Of a stretch of DNA of 26,472 bases, positions 1 through 8,719 are shown piece after piece. The notes below the pieces were generated by a model. It saw nothing but the letters and a program-made list of their open reading frames with translations, had not been told where the DNA came from and ran no database searches. The stretch comes from Vibrio cholerae ATCC 14035 (lineage in GTDB: Bacteria > Pseudomonadota > Gammaproteobacteria > Enterobacterales > Vibrionaceae), in assembly GCF_000621645.1 (NCBI RefSeq), contig NZ_JHXR01000010.1, positions 1-26,472 on the forward strand. The letters are read 5' to 3'. Position numbers and translations under genes: made by a program. Position 1 is the first letter of the stretch; each line of letters begins with the position of its first letter.

Positions 1-16
1 ACTATCATATTTCAGC

Positions 17-46
17 GAAAAAAAAGAGCCGTTAAAAACGGCTCTT
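17..46 (-). terminator. Rho-independent terminator downstream of guaC
   Basis: Stem AGAGCCG (25-31) pairs with CGGCTCT (39-45) around a 7-nt loop. On the minus strand it is followed by a U-run (A-run 18-24 on plus), about 30 nt after the guaC stop. Confidence 0.8.
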
Positions 47-77
47 AATCATTCGATTTTTCCGATTAATTTAAGGC

Positions 78-1121
78 TTACTCACGCCCGTAGACGTTGT
101 TCTCTTGCTCTTGAACTCGGATAAATGTTGTACGCTTAGTTAGCTCGCGAAGCTCAGCCGCGCCTACGTATGTACAGGTTGAGCGCACGCCGCCGAGGAT
201 GTCTTGAATGGTGCCGTGAACGCTGCCACGGTATGGCAATAGTACGGTTTTTCCTTCGGCTGCACGGTAACCTGCTACACCGCCAGAATGCTTGTCCATC
301 GCGCTCTTCGATGACATGCCGTAAAATTTCATGAAGGTTTCACCATCTTTTACGATGAGTTCACCGCCTGCTTCTTCATGACCTGCCAGCATACCGCCAA
401 GCATCACGAAATCCGCGCCGCCGCCGAAGGCTTTCGCGACATCTCCCGGACACGTACAGCCGCCGTCACCGATGATGCGACCACCAAGACCGTGCGCAGC
501 ATCCGCACATTCGATAATCGCGGACAGTTGTGGGTAACCGACACCGGTTTTTACGCGTGTCGTACACACAGAGCCTGGGCCAATGCCTACTTTAACAATG
601 TCGGCACCCGCGAGGATAAGCTCTTCTACCATATCGCCTGTTACGACGTTACCCGCAGAAATCACTTTGTCAGGAAATGCAGCGCGCACTCTTTGCACGT
701 ACTCGACAAGGTGCTCAGAATAGCCGTTCGCGATATCGATACAGATGAAGATCAGTTCATCAGACAGTGCCATCACATCTTTGGTTTTTTGGAAATCTGC
801 TTCCGATGTGCCGGTTGAAACCATAACATTGTTCAGCGTCGCTTTGTCGGCACTTTTCACAAACTCAGCCCAATCAGCCACAGTGTAATGTTTGTGTACT
901 GCGGTCATCACACCATGCTCAGCCAAGGCTTTAGCCATGGCAAAACTGCCTACCGAGTCCATATTGGCGGCAATCACAGGTACGCCTGACCATTGACGAC
1001 CACTATGTTTGAAAGTAAACTCGCGGGTTAAATTTACTTGAGAACGGCTTTTCAGGGTTGAACGTTTCGGGCGAAACAGGACATCTTTAAAACCTAACTT
1101 AAGTTCTTGTTCGATACGCAT
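78..1121 (-). CDS. guaC: GMP reductase
   Basis: 347-aa ORF with the N-terminus [23 protein letters not shown] and IMPDH/GMPR TIM-barrel motifs ([21 protein letters not shown]). Length and sequence are typical of GuaC. Confidence 0.95.
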
Positions 1122-1209
1122 TGTGTAATTCCTTGATTAATTGACCATTTGTGTCTCTTAGCAGAGTGCGTAGTACCTTCGTTGGCAGACGTCAGTACAT
1201 TTCGGACAC

Positions 1210-1244
1210 AAAAAAACCGGAGCGTTGGCAGACGCTCCGGTTTT
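1210..1244 (-). terminator. Hairpin plus U7 in the guaC upstream leader (terminator/attenuator-like)
   Basis: Stem CCGGAGCG (1217-1224) pairs with CGCTCCGG (1233-1240) around an 8-nt loop. On the minus strand it is followed by seven U (A-run 1210-1216 on plus). It lies about 90 nt upstream of the guaC ATG. Confidence 0.6.
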
Positions 1245-1248
1245 CAGC

Positions 1249-1276
1249 ATTATAGGCCGCGTTTTTTTTCTCTCAA
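1249..1276 (-). promoter_or_regulatory. Candidate sigma-70 promoter reading toward guaC
   Basis: On the minus strand: TTGAGA (1276-1271), 16-nt spacer, TATAAT (1254-1249). The predicted start falls about 1-2 nt before the hairpin at 1240. Confidence 0.45.
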
Positions 1277-1610
1277 GACTGATATTTGACTTTTTTTTGT
1301 GTTACCCTGCCGAAGTTTTCATACCTAGACAATCCCCTCTGTAACACTCAACTCTTAAATTGCTTACCAAACAGTACGTTAGTTCTATTTTGTCAAATTA
1401 CCGACATATCGCTTTTTACTGAACAATCGATTGCCCTCGCTTTAAATTGCCATAAATTAGACTTTGATCACCTTTTTGTAGGGCAAAATTCCAGCAACTC
1501 ACAAGCTCCGTTTTCGAAGTCGATCAAGCTCACATCACGTATAAATAATTCACCACGCTTATCCATTCGGCGCATTTATTGCTTAACTTTAAATCTATTC
1601 TTGCATTCGG

Positions 1611-1747
1611 CATCCAAACTACTTGGATTTGTAGATGCGCAGTCAATGAGTGAATCTTCATGACAATCTTCATGACATAGACAGGCTATGTGATTGGGGT
1701 AAACGAAGGTAACAGACACCGCTGCAGCTTCAAGTAGGAGGAAATAT
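1611..1747 (-). repeat. ERIC/IRU-like imperfect palindromic intergenic repeat (copy A, inverted relative to copy B)
   Basis: It aligns end to end with the reverse complement of 19090-19214 and shares an exact 24-mer (1716-1739 = reverse complement of 19097-19120). It contains a perfect 12-bp tandem duplication, AATCTTCATGAC, at 1653-1664 and 1665-1676. It resembles the ERIC consensus as I remember it. Confidence 0.75.
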
Positions 1748-1778
1748 TAATCCTTTCAGGGAATGAAACAGGTGGGCT

Positions 1779-2327
1779 ATGGTACGTTTTTGCGGCTGGT
1801 TAATGGTTTTTTGTTGCTTTGCACTTCCTGCTTATGCGGGAAATAGCCCTTATTCCTTTTCGTTAAGCACAGGCTTTAGCCGTATCGATAGCCCTTCCAG
1901 TAGTGATGAAGCTTGGGTTACTCAGTTTGGGTATAACTACCAGTTTTCGCCGTTTATCGGCTTAGATCTCGGCTATTCAGGCATGATCGGCAACGGAGCC
2001 GAAATGTTAAACACGCAAAAACAGAAGATTGATGTCAAAGTTGAAGGTTTTTATTTTGGCGCTTTTTTCGAACAGCCTATCAATAACCTGACGATTCTTT
2101 ACGCTCGCGGCGGGCTATCACAATTCAAAGTGAAAGAGCGCTATGAATTGGGTGCGATTGGCGATAACCGTCAATTTTCAGGAACCAATCCGTATATCGG
2201 CATCGGTACGAAAGTGCAATCGAGCATCGACAAAAGTTTGGCGCTGACTATGGAGCTCAGTTACTACCCCTTAGAGCAAGATTATTCGAGTCTTTCCTTC
2301 ACCGTAGGCGGGCAATATCGTTTTTAA
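1779..2327 (+). CDS. Small outer-membrane beta-barrel protein (OmpA/OmpW-like barrel family)
   Basis: The 182-aa ORF has SD AGGTGGG upstream and a signal peptide ending ALPAYA-G. It shows alternating amphipathic beta-strand patterns and the C-terminal OMP signature ...GGQYRF. Confidence 0.7.
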   Translation: MVRFCGWLMVFCCFALPAYAGNSPYSFSLSTGFSRIDSPSSSDEAWVTQFGYNYQFSPFIGLDLGYSGMIGNGAEMLNTQKQKIDVKVEGFYFGAFFEQPINNLTILYARGGLSQFKVKERYELGAIGDNRQFSGTNPYIGIGTKVQSSIDKSLALTMELSYYPLEQDYSSLSFTVGGQYRF

Positions 2328-2392
2328 GCGACACTTAGACAGCATTTTTTGATAGGCTAAGGCCACGATTTGCTATTTATCACTTTCGTTTT

Positions 2393-3235
2393 ATGAAACT
2401 CACCCTTCGCAAAAAGCTGTTAGAAAAAGTAGAAAACACGACAGAAACTCCGATGCTGATCCTTTCTGTCGTTTATGTTGTCGTCGCGTTGCTGCCTGAC
2501 ATTGCCGTTTTATCTCCCGATGATCTTGAGTTTCTTGATGGCTTACTCTGGATTGTGTGGGGCATTTTTGCGACAGAGCTGTTAGTCAAAATCTTCGTCA
2601 GCCCTAAACCACTGCAATATATGATGCAAAATTGGCCGGACGTACTTATCGTGGCGATGCCGTTTCTGCGTCCCCTGCGTTTCCTACGTATTTTGTTGGT
2701 GCTGCCCAAAGCGTGGAGACAAACCAAATCGGTTCTGCGCCAAAAAACCTTCAGCTTTATCGGTCTGACGAGTCTTTCTACTGTGCTGCTCTCTGCGGCG
2801 TTTGTATATCTGGTAGAGAAAGGAACCCCTAGCCCCATCAATAGCTATGCCGACGCGCTGTGGTGGGCGATGTCGACCATTACTACGGTAGGTTATGGGG
2901 ATATGTACCCGGTCACAGGGTTTGGGCGTGGAGTCGCGGTATTTTTGATGCTGACAGGGATCACCCTGTTTGGTCTATTAACCGCGAGTGTGGCTTCTTT
3001 TTTTGTTGAGGATGATACGGCCAAACAAGATCATCTCTCCCTCAATCTCTTGCTTGAAAAAAACCAGCAGTTAGAAACACAGTTGAATCAATTGGTTGAA
3101 ACTCAGCAACCGAGAAAGCGTTTTCATCTAGCGAGCTACCGTCGGCAGCTCGCAGAACGTGAAACAGTACGGAAAAATCAGAAACCAAAGCGTCGTCGAA
3201 TAAAACTTCCGTCGCAAGACAATCGCAACGCCTAA
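2393..3235 (+). CDS. Voltage-gated-type potassium channel
   Basis: K+ selectivity filter TTVGYGD; S4-like segment with spaced arginines (LRPLRFLRILLVLPKAWRQ); multiple TM helices; charged C-terminal tail. Confidence 0.85.
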   Translation: MKLTLRKKLLEKVENTTETPMLILSVVYVVVALLPDIAVLSPDDLEFLDGLLWIVWGIFATELLVKIFVSPKPLQYMMQNWPDVLIVAMPFLRPLRFLRILLVLPKAWRQTKSVLRQKTFSFIGLTSLSTVLLSAAFVYLVEKGTPSPINSYADALWWAMSTITTVGYGDMYPVTGFGRGVAVFLMLTGITLFGLLTASVASFFVEDDTAKQDHLSLNLLLEKNQQLETQLNQLVETQQPRKRFHLASYRRQLAERETVRKNQKPKRRRIKLPSQDNRNA

Positions 3236-3248
3236 TTCAGGCGTTGCG
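3224..3248. terminator. Bidirectional hairpin spanning the stops of the convergent K-channel and NhaC genes
   Basis: Perfect 10-bp stem CGCAACGCCT (3224-3233) / AGGCGTTGCG (3239-3248) with a 5-nt loop. There is no U-tract on either side. Confidence 0.5.
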
Positions 3249-4580
3249 CATGGTGTGGCGGCGAAATACCGCCACTAATGCGGCAACCGCCAAAAAGAAG
3301 CAGTAATAAGAGTAACTCACCACGCTCAATGGCGACATTTGAAAAATAGAGCCAAGCAATAACGCTTGTGCACCATAAGGCAACACTCCTTGCATGATGC
3401 ACGAGAAGATATCCAGCAAGCTGGCAGAGCGCTTTGCTGTCACGCCATTGTGTTCAGCCAGCTCTTTAGCCACCCCGCCACTCACAATGATGGCAACCGT
3501 GTTGTTCGCAGTGCACACATTGGTCAGTGCCACCAAGCCTGCAATCCCCAATTCACTGGCTCGCATTTTTTGTACATCACTGTGTGAACGAGCAAATTTA
3601 TCGATCATTCGGCTAATGTGGTGAGTGAGAAACGCCAATCCGCCTTGCTGTTTCATCAGTTCACCCATGCCACCAATCAGCATCGATAACAGGAAAATCT
3701 CCTGCATGTTGCCAAAACCCGCGTAAACATCTTTGGTTAATGCCGACAAGGAGTAACCGTCACTCAAACCACCGACACCCGCGGCCATTAAAATGCCCAC
3801 CAGCAGTACAAGGAACACATTCAACCCCATCACGGCCAACACGAGAATGGTGAGGTAAGGCAGCACTTTTAGCCATTCAATGTCACTGGTTTGCGGTGAT
3901 TGTGCCGTTTGGCTGCTGAAGGTGAACACCACAAGCGCCAACAGCGCCGCTGGCAAAGCAATGCGGATATTCTCTTTAAATTTGTCACGCATATGGCAGC
4001 CTTGTGAACGGGTTGCCGCAATGGTGGTATCCGAAATGATCGAAAGGTTATCACCAAACATGGCACCGCTCAGCACGACCCCAGCCGTTAAACCAAGATT
4101 TAAATCCGCCGCTTGGGCAATACCTAACGCCACGGGAGCAATCGCCGCAATCGTCCCCATTGAGGTGCCCATTGCTGTGGCAACAAAGGCTGAAATAACA
4201 AACAGCCCCGGCAGAATGAGACTCGCTGGCAGCAGTGCTAAACCAAGATTCACTGTGGCATCTACGCCACCAGTAGCTTTGGCGACGGCGGCAAAGGCTC
4301 CGGCAAGCAGATAAATGATGCACATCGCCATAATATCGCTGTGCCCCACACCACGTAAAAACTGCTCGATGGCTCGATTGAGCGACTCTTTGCTCAAGGC
4401 AATCGCCAAAACGACCGCTGGCAGAACAGCAACAGGGGCCGGCAGTTGATAGAACGCAAACTCAACCCCTTGCCAAGTGAGATAGCTCCCTACGCCCATA
4501 AAAAGCAGTAAGAAAACCATAAGTGGTAATAGGGCAAAGGCATTCGGTTGTTGAGGCTTTGAAGACGAAGTGTAGTGCAT
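3237..4580 (-). CDS. Na+/H+ antiporter, NhaC family
   Basis: 447-aa polytopic membrane protein of about 11-12 TM segments, with composition and length typical of NhaC-type antiporters. Confidence 0.8.
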   Translation of the reverse strand: MHYTSSSKPQQPNAFALLPLMVFLLLFMGVGSYLTWQGVEFAFYQLPAPVAVLPAVVLAIALSKESLNRAIEQFLRGVGHSDIMAMCIIYLLAGAFAAVAKATGGVDATVNLGLALLPASLILPGLFVISAFVATAMGTSMGTIAAIAPVALGIAQAADLNLGLTAGVVLSGAMFGDNLSIISDTTIAATRSQGCHMRDKFKENIRIALPAALLALVVFTFSSQTAQSPQTSDIEWLKVLPYLTILVLAVMGLNVFLVLLVGILMAAGVGGLSDGYSLSALTKDVYAGFGNMQEIFLLSMLIGGMGELMKQQGGLAFLTHHISRMIDKFARSHSDVQKMRASELGIAGLVALTNVCTANNTVAIIVSGGVAKELAEHNGVTAKRSASLLDIFSCIMQGVLPYGAQALLLGSIFQMSPLSVVSYSYYCFFLAVAALVAVFRRHTMRNA

Positions 4581-4762
4581 GCAAATATCAAATCATGGTG
4601 ACGAAATTGGGCGCAAAGCCTAAAGGTAAGCCGGATGCATGTCAACAGTCTAGACGTCCAAACATCCATTTGTTGCACATTTATACCTAGTGATTTTGTG
4701 GTTTATTTTTCCCACTAATGGGTATATCTATAGGCCAGATACTCTAAGAGACAGGAATTACT

Positions 4763-5758
4763 ATGCTCAACGTCATTTTTTTTAGTGCAAAACACTACGA
4801 TATCGCCTCTTTCAGCAAATTGGTTGACCCCACCCAGCTGTCTTTGCACTTTCATGATTTCCGATTGACCGATAAAACGGCCCAGATGGCAAAAGGCTGC
4901 GAAGTGGTCTGCGCTTTTGTCAATGATGAGCTTCACGCCAGCGTATTAGAACAGCTTTACCAAGGGGGAACTCGTCTTATTGCCATGCGTTGTGCTGGCT
5001 TTGATAAAGTCGACCTTGAAGCGGCGAAGCGACTTGGAATGCAAGTCGTCAGAGTGCCAGCCTATTCGCCAGAAGCGGTGGCCGAACATACGGTGGGGAT
5101 GATGCTGTGTTTGAATCGCCGCTTCCATAAAGCGTATCAGCGTACCCGTGATGCCAACTTCTCTCTTGATGGCTTGGTGGGTTTTAACTTCCACGGCAAA
5201 ACGGTCGGGGTGATCGGCTCAGGCAAAATCGGGGTGGCAACCATGCGCATTTTGCAAGGGCTCGGTATGCAGATCCTCTGTTTTGATCCTTATCCCAATC
5301 CCGATGCGATTGCACTGGGTGCGCGCTATGTAGAGTTGTCCGAGCTTTTCGCGCAGAGTGATGTGATCACCCTGCACTGCCCGATGAGCAAAGAGAACTA
5401 TCATTTGCTCAATGAGTCAGCGTTCGATCAGATGAAAGATGGCGTAATGATCATTAACACCAGCCGTGGGGAATTGCTTGATTCTGTGGCAGCAATTGAA
5501 GCATTGAAACGAGGCCGAATCGGCGCGCTAGGCTTGGATGTGTATGACAATGAGAAAGATCTGTTCTTCCAAGACAAGTCCAACGATGTGATCGTCGATG
5601 ACGTATTCCGCCGCCTTTCTGCTTGTCATAACGTGCTGTTCACTGGTCACCAAGCCTTTTTGACCGAAGATGCACTGAACAATATTGCGCAAACTACGCT
5701 CAATAACATCCAGCTCTTTTTTGACAATCAAGCATCGGGTAATGAATTAATTCAATAA
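4763..5758 (+). CDS. ldhA: Fermentative D-lactate dehydrogenase (D-2-hydroxyacid dehydrogenase family)
   Basis: The 331-aa ORF is near-collinear with E. coli LdhA as remembered. Shared blocks include RCAGFD.VDL, VVRVPAYSPEAVAEH, GKTVGVIGSGKIG, NTSRG and CHNVLFTGHQAFLT. Confidence 0.92.
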   Translation: MLNVIFFSAKHYDIASFSKLVDPTQLSLHFHDFRLTDKTAQMAKGCEVVCAFVNDELHASVLEQLYQGGTRLIAMRCAGFDKVDLEAAKRLGMQVVRVPAYSPEAVAEHTVGMMLCLNRRFHKAYQRTRDANFSLDGLVGFNFHGKTVGVIGSGKIGVATMRILQGLGMQILCFDPYPNPDAIALGARYVELSELFAQSDVITLHCPMSKENYHLLNESAFDQMKDGVMIINTSRGELLDSVAAIEALKRGRIGALGLDVYDNEKDLFFQDKSNDVIVDDVFRRLSACHNVLFTGHQAFLTEDALNNIAQTTLNNIQLFFDNQASGNELIQ

Positions 5759-7231
5759 CTCACGCAGATGAGGCAATAAATCGCTGGCCAGAAGTCCTCT
5801 CTGGCCATGCGATTTGGTATTGAGATCCGCAGCGCTACTGTGTAGCCAAACCCCGAGTTTTGCCGCATCCGCTAAGGGAATTTTTTGCGCTAATAGCGCC
5901 ACAATAATGCCAGTAAGTACATCGCCCATCCCCCCACTGGCCATTCCAGGATTCCCCTGTAAGCAGACCGCGATCTCTTTCCCATCATCCACTAAAGTCC
6001 CCGCACCTTTGAGCACGACAACGCCTCCATAGCGTTGCTGAAGCTGGCGAATCGCCGCAAAACGATCTTGCTCCACCTCTTCCACTTCACAGCCCAATAA
6101 ACGCGCCGCTTCGACGGGATGCGGTGTAATGATCCGCTGCGCATCATAGCTGGGGTTATGCGCTAGAAAATAGAGTGCATCCGCATCCCACACTTTCGGA
6201 ACCTTCAAGCTACTTAAGCGCTGCATAATCTGCTGCGCTTGCGCATCTCGCCCTAATCCGGGCCCCAAAGCAAGGGCATCACACCATTCAATGCGCTCTT
6301 CAAATAAATGCTGTTTATTCCAGCTTGTGCTCATCACTTCCGGTGTAATCGTCAGCATAGCGGTAACGTTATCGGGATGGGTCATTGCCGCGCTCAGCCC
6401 AGCTCCCGAACGAGCACAAGCGGAAGCACACAAAATCAAGGCTCCGCCCATACCCTCATTGCCTCCAACGATCAAAGCTTTGCCATTTTGGCCTTTGTGA
6501 GTACAAGCTTGACGTGGCGGCAATAAACTGTGCCTTAGCTTACCATCGATGGAGACTAAGGATGGCGTATTGTGCTGGGCAAACACTTCTTCAACCCCAA
6601 GCCCGGCATAGTGTAACGTTCCAACATAACAGCGGGCTTGGCCAGTCACTAAGCCTTGTTTTAATCCAATCAAACTCACCGTATGCTGCGCTTTAATGCA
6701 TGTCCCCATCACTTGACCGGTATCGGCACACAGCCCTGAAGGCACATCGACCGCCACAATCGGCTTGCCACTTTGGTTGAGTAACTCGACGAGCGGTACC
6801 ACCTGCGGGCGTAACACCTCTTTTAAACCAATGCCAAACAGCGCATCAATAATCACATCCGTCGATTCGGGCACTTCAGACTGTGGAGCGTAGACCGCAC
6901 CACCCAACTCTTTCCATTGCTGATAAGCACGATGGGCATCGGCTGGCAGTTTTTCAGGATCGCCTAACTGCCATACGGTAACATCAATCCCCATATGTCT
7001 GGCTAATACCGCGACAATATAACCGTCCCCACCATTATTTCCGCCACCGCAACAAATTAACCAGTGGTGGCTGGTGGGATACTGAGCAAAAGCGATGGTG
7101 AATACCGCTTGTCCTGCGCGTTCCATTAAATGAAAGAGCTCAAGACCTCGCTCACTCGCGGCATCTTGTTCGCCTTGTTTGAGCTGCTGCGTAGTATAAA
7201 AATGAGTGGGTAACGGCATAATGGTGTCCAA
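5747..7231 (-). CDS. nnr: Bifunctional NAD(P)H-hydrate repair enzyme (epimerase / ADP-dependent dehydratase, YjeF)
   Basis: 494 aa, with an N-terminal YjeF_N motif (GGGNNGGDGY) and a C-terminal carbohydrate-kinase-like dehydratase (GNPGMASGGMGDVLTG). Confidence 0.9.
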   Translation of the reverse strand: MDTIMPLPTHFYTTQQLKQGEQDAASERGLELFHLMERAGQAVFTIAFAQYPTSHHWLICCGGGNNGGDGYIVAVLARHMGIDVTVWQLGDPEKLPADAHRAYQQWKELGGAVYAPQSEVPESTDVIIDALFGIGLKEVLRPQVVPLVELLNQSGKPIVAVDVPSGLCADTGQVMGTCIKAQHTVSLIGLKQGLVTGQARCYVGTLHYAGLGVEEVFAQHNTPSLVSIDGKLRHSLLPPRQACTHKGQNGKALIVGGNEGMGGALILCASACARSGAGLSAAMTHPDNVTAMLTITPEVMSTSWNKQHLFEERIEWCDALALGPGLGRDAQAQQIMQRLSSLKVPKVWDADALYFLAHNPSYDAQRIITPHPVEAARLLGCEVEEVEQDRFAAIRQLQQRYGGVVVLKGAGTLVDDGKEIAVCLQGNPGMASGGMGDVLTGIIVALLAQKIPLADAAKLGVWLHSSAADLNTKSHGQRGLLASDLLPHLRELLN

Positions 7232-7240
7232 CAGCTGACA

Positions 7241-7263
7241 AAACGGCCATCAGATGGCCGTTT
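7241..7263 (-). terminator. Hairpin terminator after the PAS gene
   Basis: Stem AAACGGCCA (7241-7249) / TGGCCGTTT (7255-7263) begins 6 nt after the PAS stop. The minus-strand tail is UUUUGUC (partly stem-derived). Confidence 0.6.
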
Positions 7264-7268
7264 CATAT

Positions 7269-7715
7269 TTATTGAGAAGAAGCTTGTTGAGAAACAAGGG
7301 CTTCACTTGTTGCATCTTGAATGGATAAGAAGAGTGAATTTATCGCGCCTGTCGGTGTACGCATTGGGTTAAGCGTGACGTTTTGATACATAAATTTGGC
7401 TTGCTGAGTCACTGGGCGCACATTACGGCAATGGAACAAATAAGGGCGCTGCTGCCAAGTAATAAAACTACGGCAACCCAGATCGTACACCGGTTTGGTT
7501 TTTAACTTAAACCACTCCACAGGGATCTCTGGAAAAATCTCGAACAGAGATTTACCAATAACATCATGAGCTTGCTTACCGCTATGATGGGTCATAAACC
7601 CATTCCACACTTGCACGTTGTAGTCTCGGTTAATCACAATCAATCCCATATCGACATTCTGAACCATATCGACCATCCAATGGAATTGCTCAAACTCCGC
7701 AGGTAACGCTAGCAT
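7269..7715 (-). CDS. Stand-alone PAS-domain protein
   Basis: 148 aa with a PAS-fold pattern (GLIVINRDYNVQVWNGFMTHHSG...GKSLFEIFP). Its ATG overlaps the upstream response-regulator stop by 1 nt (TGATG). Confidence 0.7.
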   Translation of the reverse strand: MLALPAEFEQFHWMVDMVQNVDMGLIVINRDYNVQVWNGFMTHHSGKQAHDVIGKSLFEIFPEIPVEWFKLKTKPVYDLGCRSFITWQQRPYLFHCRNVRPVTQQAKFMYQNVTLNPMRTPTGAINSLFLSIQDATSEALVSQQASSQ

Positions 7716-8719
7716 CAGAAGTCCTCCATTAAATAGGAAAGTTTGTTGTCCAGCAGCGGTAACGATTCATCGACAAACATAAACAGTAAATCACAACGAA
7801 TCGAGGTGCCTTCAATGTTATAACTCACCTCAAAGGTCATGGTTTTCTTAAATGCCCCTTCGGTCGACTGAATCACAGAATCAATAGAGATATGCTGCCC
7901 CAATAAAACGGGCGAACTTTGGAAAAAACGCACTTCTGCTTGGTGGCCTAAACCATTTAGAAATGAGCCCACCAGAATATTAGAGACATCCATCAGCAGC
8001 TCTAACTCTTGCAAGTCTTCACTATCGACCGGCACCTTCATTAATTTTTTGAGATCCGCCACACTAGAGTCACTCAATAACACCAGTGCTTCACCAGCAA
8101 TTCCTTCGCCGCTAAAACCCTGACACACCCCCGAGACTTGACTGTTTTCAGCCAAATCACGCAGTGCCATGTGTAACTCACTCACCTCAAAGATGTTCAC
8201 ATTAGGCAAAGGTAATTGAACAAACACATCAAAATGGCGCGCCAAGGCATCAGCGGCTCGACCAATCGACACGTTCGCGACTTCCATGTAAATATCGCGC
8301 CGTTTTAAAATCGGCAACTCAACCGAAACCGGCGTGACAATGCGTGGCTGAGTGGGTGGCTCCACCAACATTTTCAGCACATCATTGAGCACATTCTTAT
8401 CGATGGGCTTTTGAATGAAGGCTTTGGCTCCGAGCGCTAACACCCGCTCTTTGGCTTTCGGTTGAATATCCCCCGATACCACCACTACAGGCGTCGTGTA
8501 GCCTTTTTTCCCCATTGCTTCTAATGTCTCGAAGCCGTCTAACTCCGGCATCGTGAGATCCAAAAACATGAGCTTAAAACTTTGCTTCTCTAAAATGTCC
8601 ATCGCATCCAAACCATGTACCGCAAAGGTAATGTCTGCGTTAAGCGATGCAGGAAGCGAACGCGCCATCTGTTTGCGCGCGAGTGGAGAGTCATCACAGA
8701 TGAGAACAGGGAAAGACAT
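7715..8719 (-). CDS. Response regulator: N-terminal receiver domain fused to a CheC/CheX/FliY-like (CheY-P phosphatase fold) domain
   Basis: The REC signature is ICDDS...DLTMPELDG...VVVSG...KAFIQKP. The C-terminal 200 aa hold two CheC-like repeats: EVANVSIGRAADALARHF and MDVSNILVGSFLNGLG (compare B. subtilis CheC EVGNIGAGHAATALS and EIGNILAGSYLSAL). SD AAGGTGGTGG precedes the ATG. Confidence 0.8.
   Translation of the reverse strand: MSFPVLICDDSPLARKQMARSLPASLNADITFAVHGLDAMDILEKQSFKLMFLDLTMPELDGFETLEAMGKKGYTTPVVVVSGDIQPKAKERVLALGAKAFIQKPIDKNVLNDVLKMLVEPPTQPRIVTPVSVELPILKRRDIYMEVANVSIGRAADALARHFDVFVQLPLPNVNIFEVSELHMALRDLAENSQVSGVCQGFSGEGIAGEALVLLSDSSVADLKKLMKVPVDSEDLQELELLMDVSNILVGSFLNGLGHQAEVRFFQSSPVLLGQHISIDSVIQSTEGAFKKTMTFEVSYNIEGTSIRCDLLFMFVDESLPLLDNKLSYLMEDF

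Noticed and set aside
378-818. 146-aa plus-strand ORF inside guaC
   Set aside because: It is entirely antisense to a confidently identified gene and has an Arg/Thr/Cys-rich junk composition with no SD. It is a shadow ORF.
1286-1663. 125-aa ORF with a TTG start upstream of the OMP gene
   Set aside because: It lies in an AT-rich intergenic region, has low-complexity Leu/Ser/Asn composition and no SD, and runs into the ERIC-like repeat.
2473-4323. Several 60-144-aa ORFs overlapping the K-channel and NhaC genes (for example 2473-2841, 3880-4314, 4051-4323)
   Set aside because: All are antisense or out-of-frame shadows of well-supported membrane protein genes, and none has protein-like sequence.
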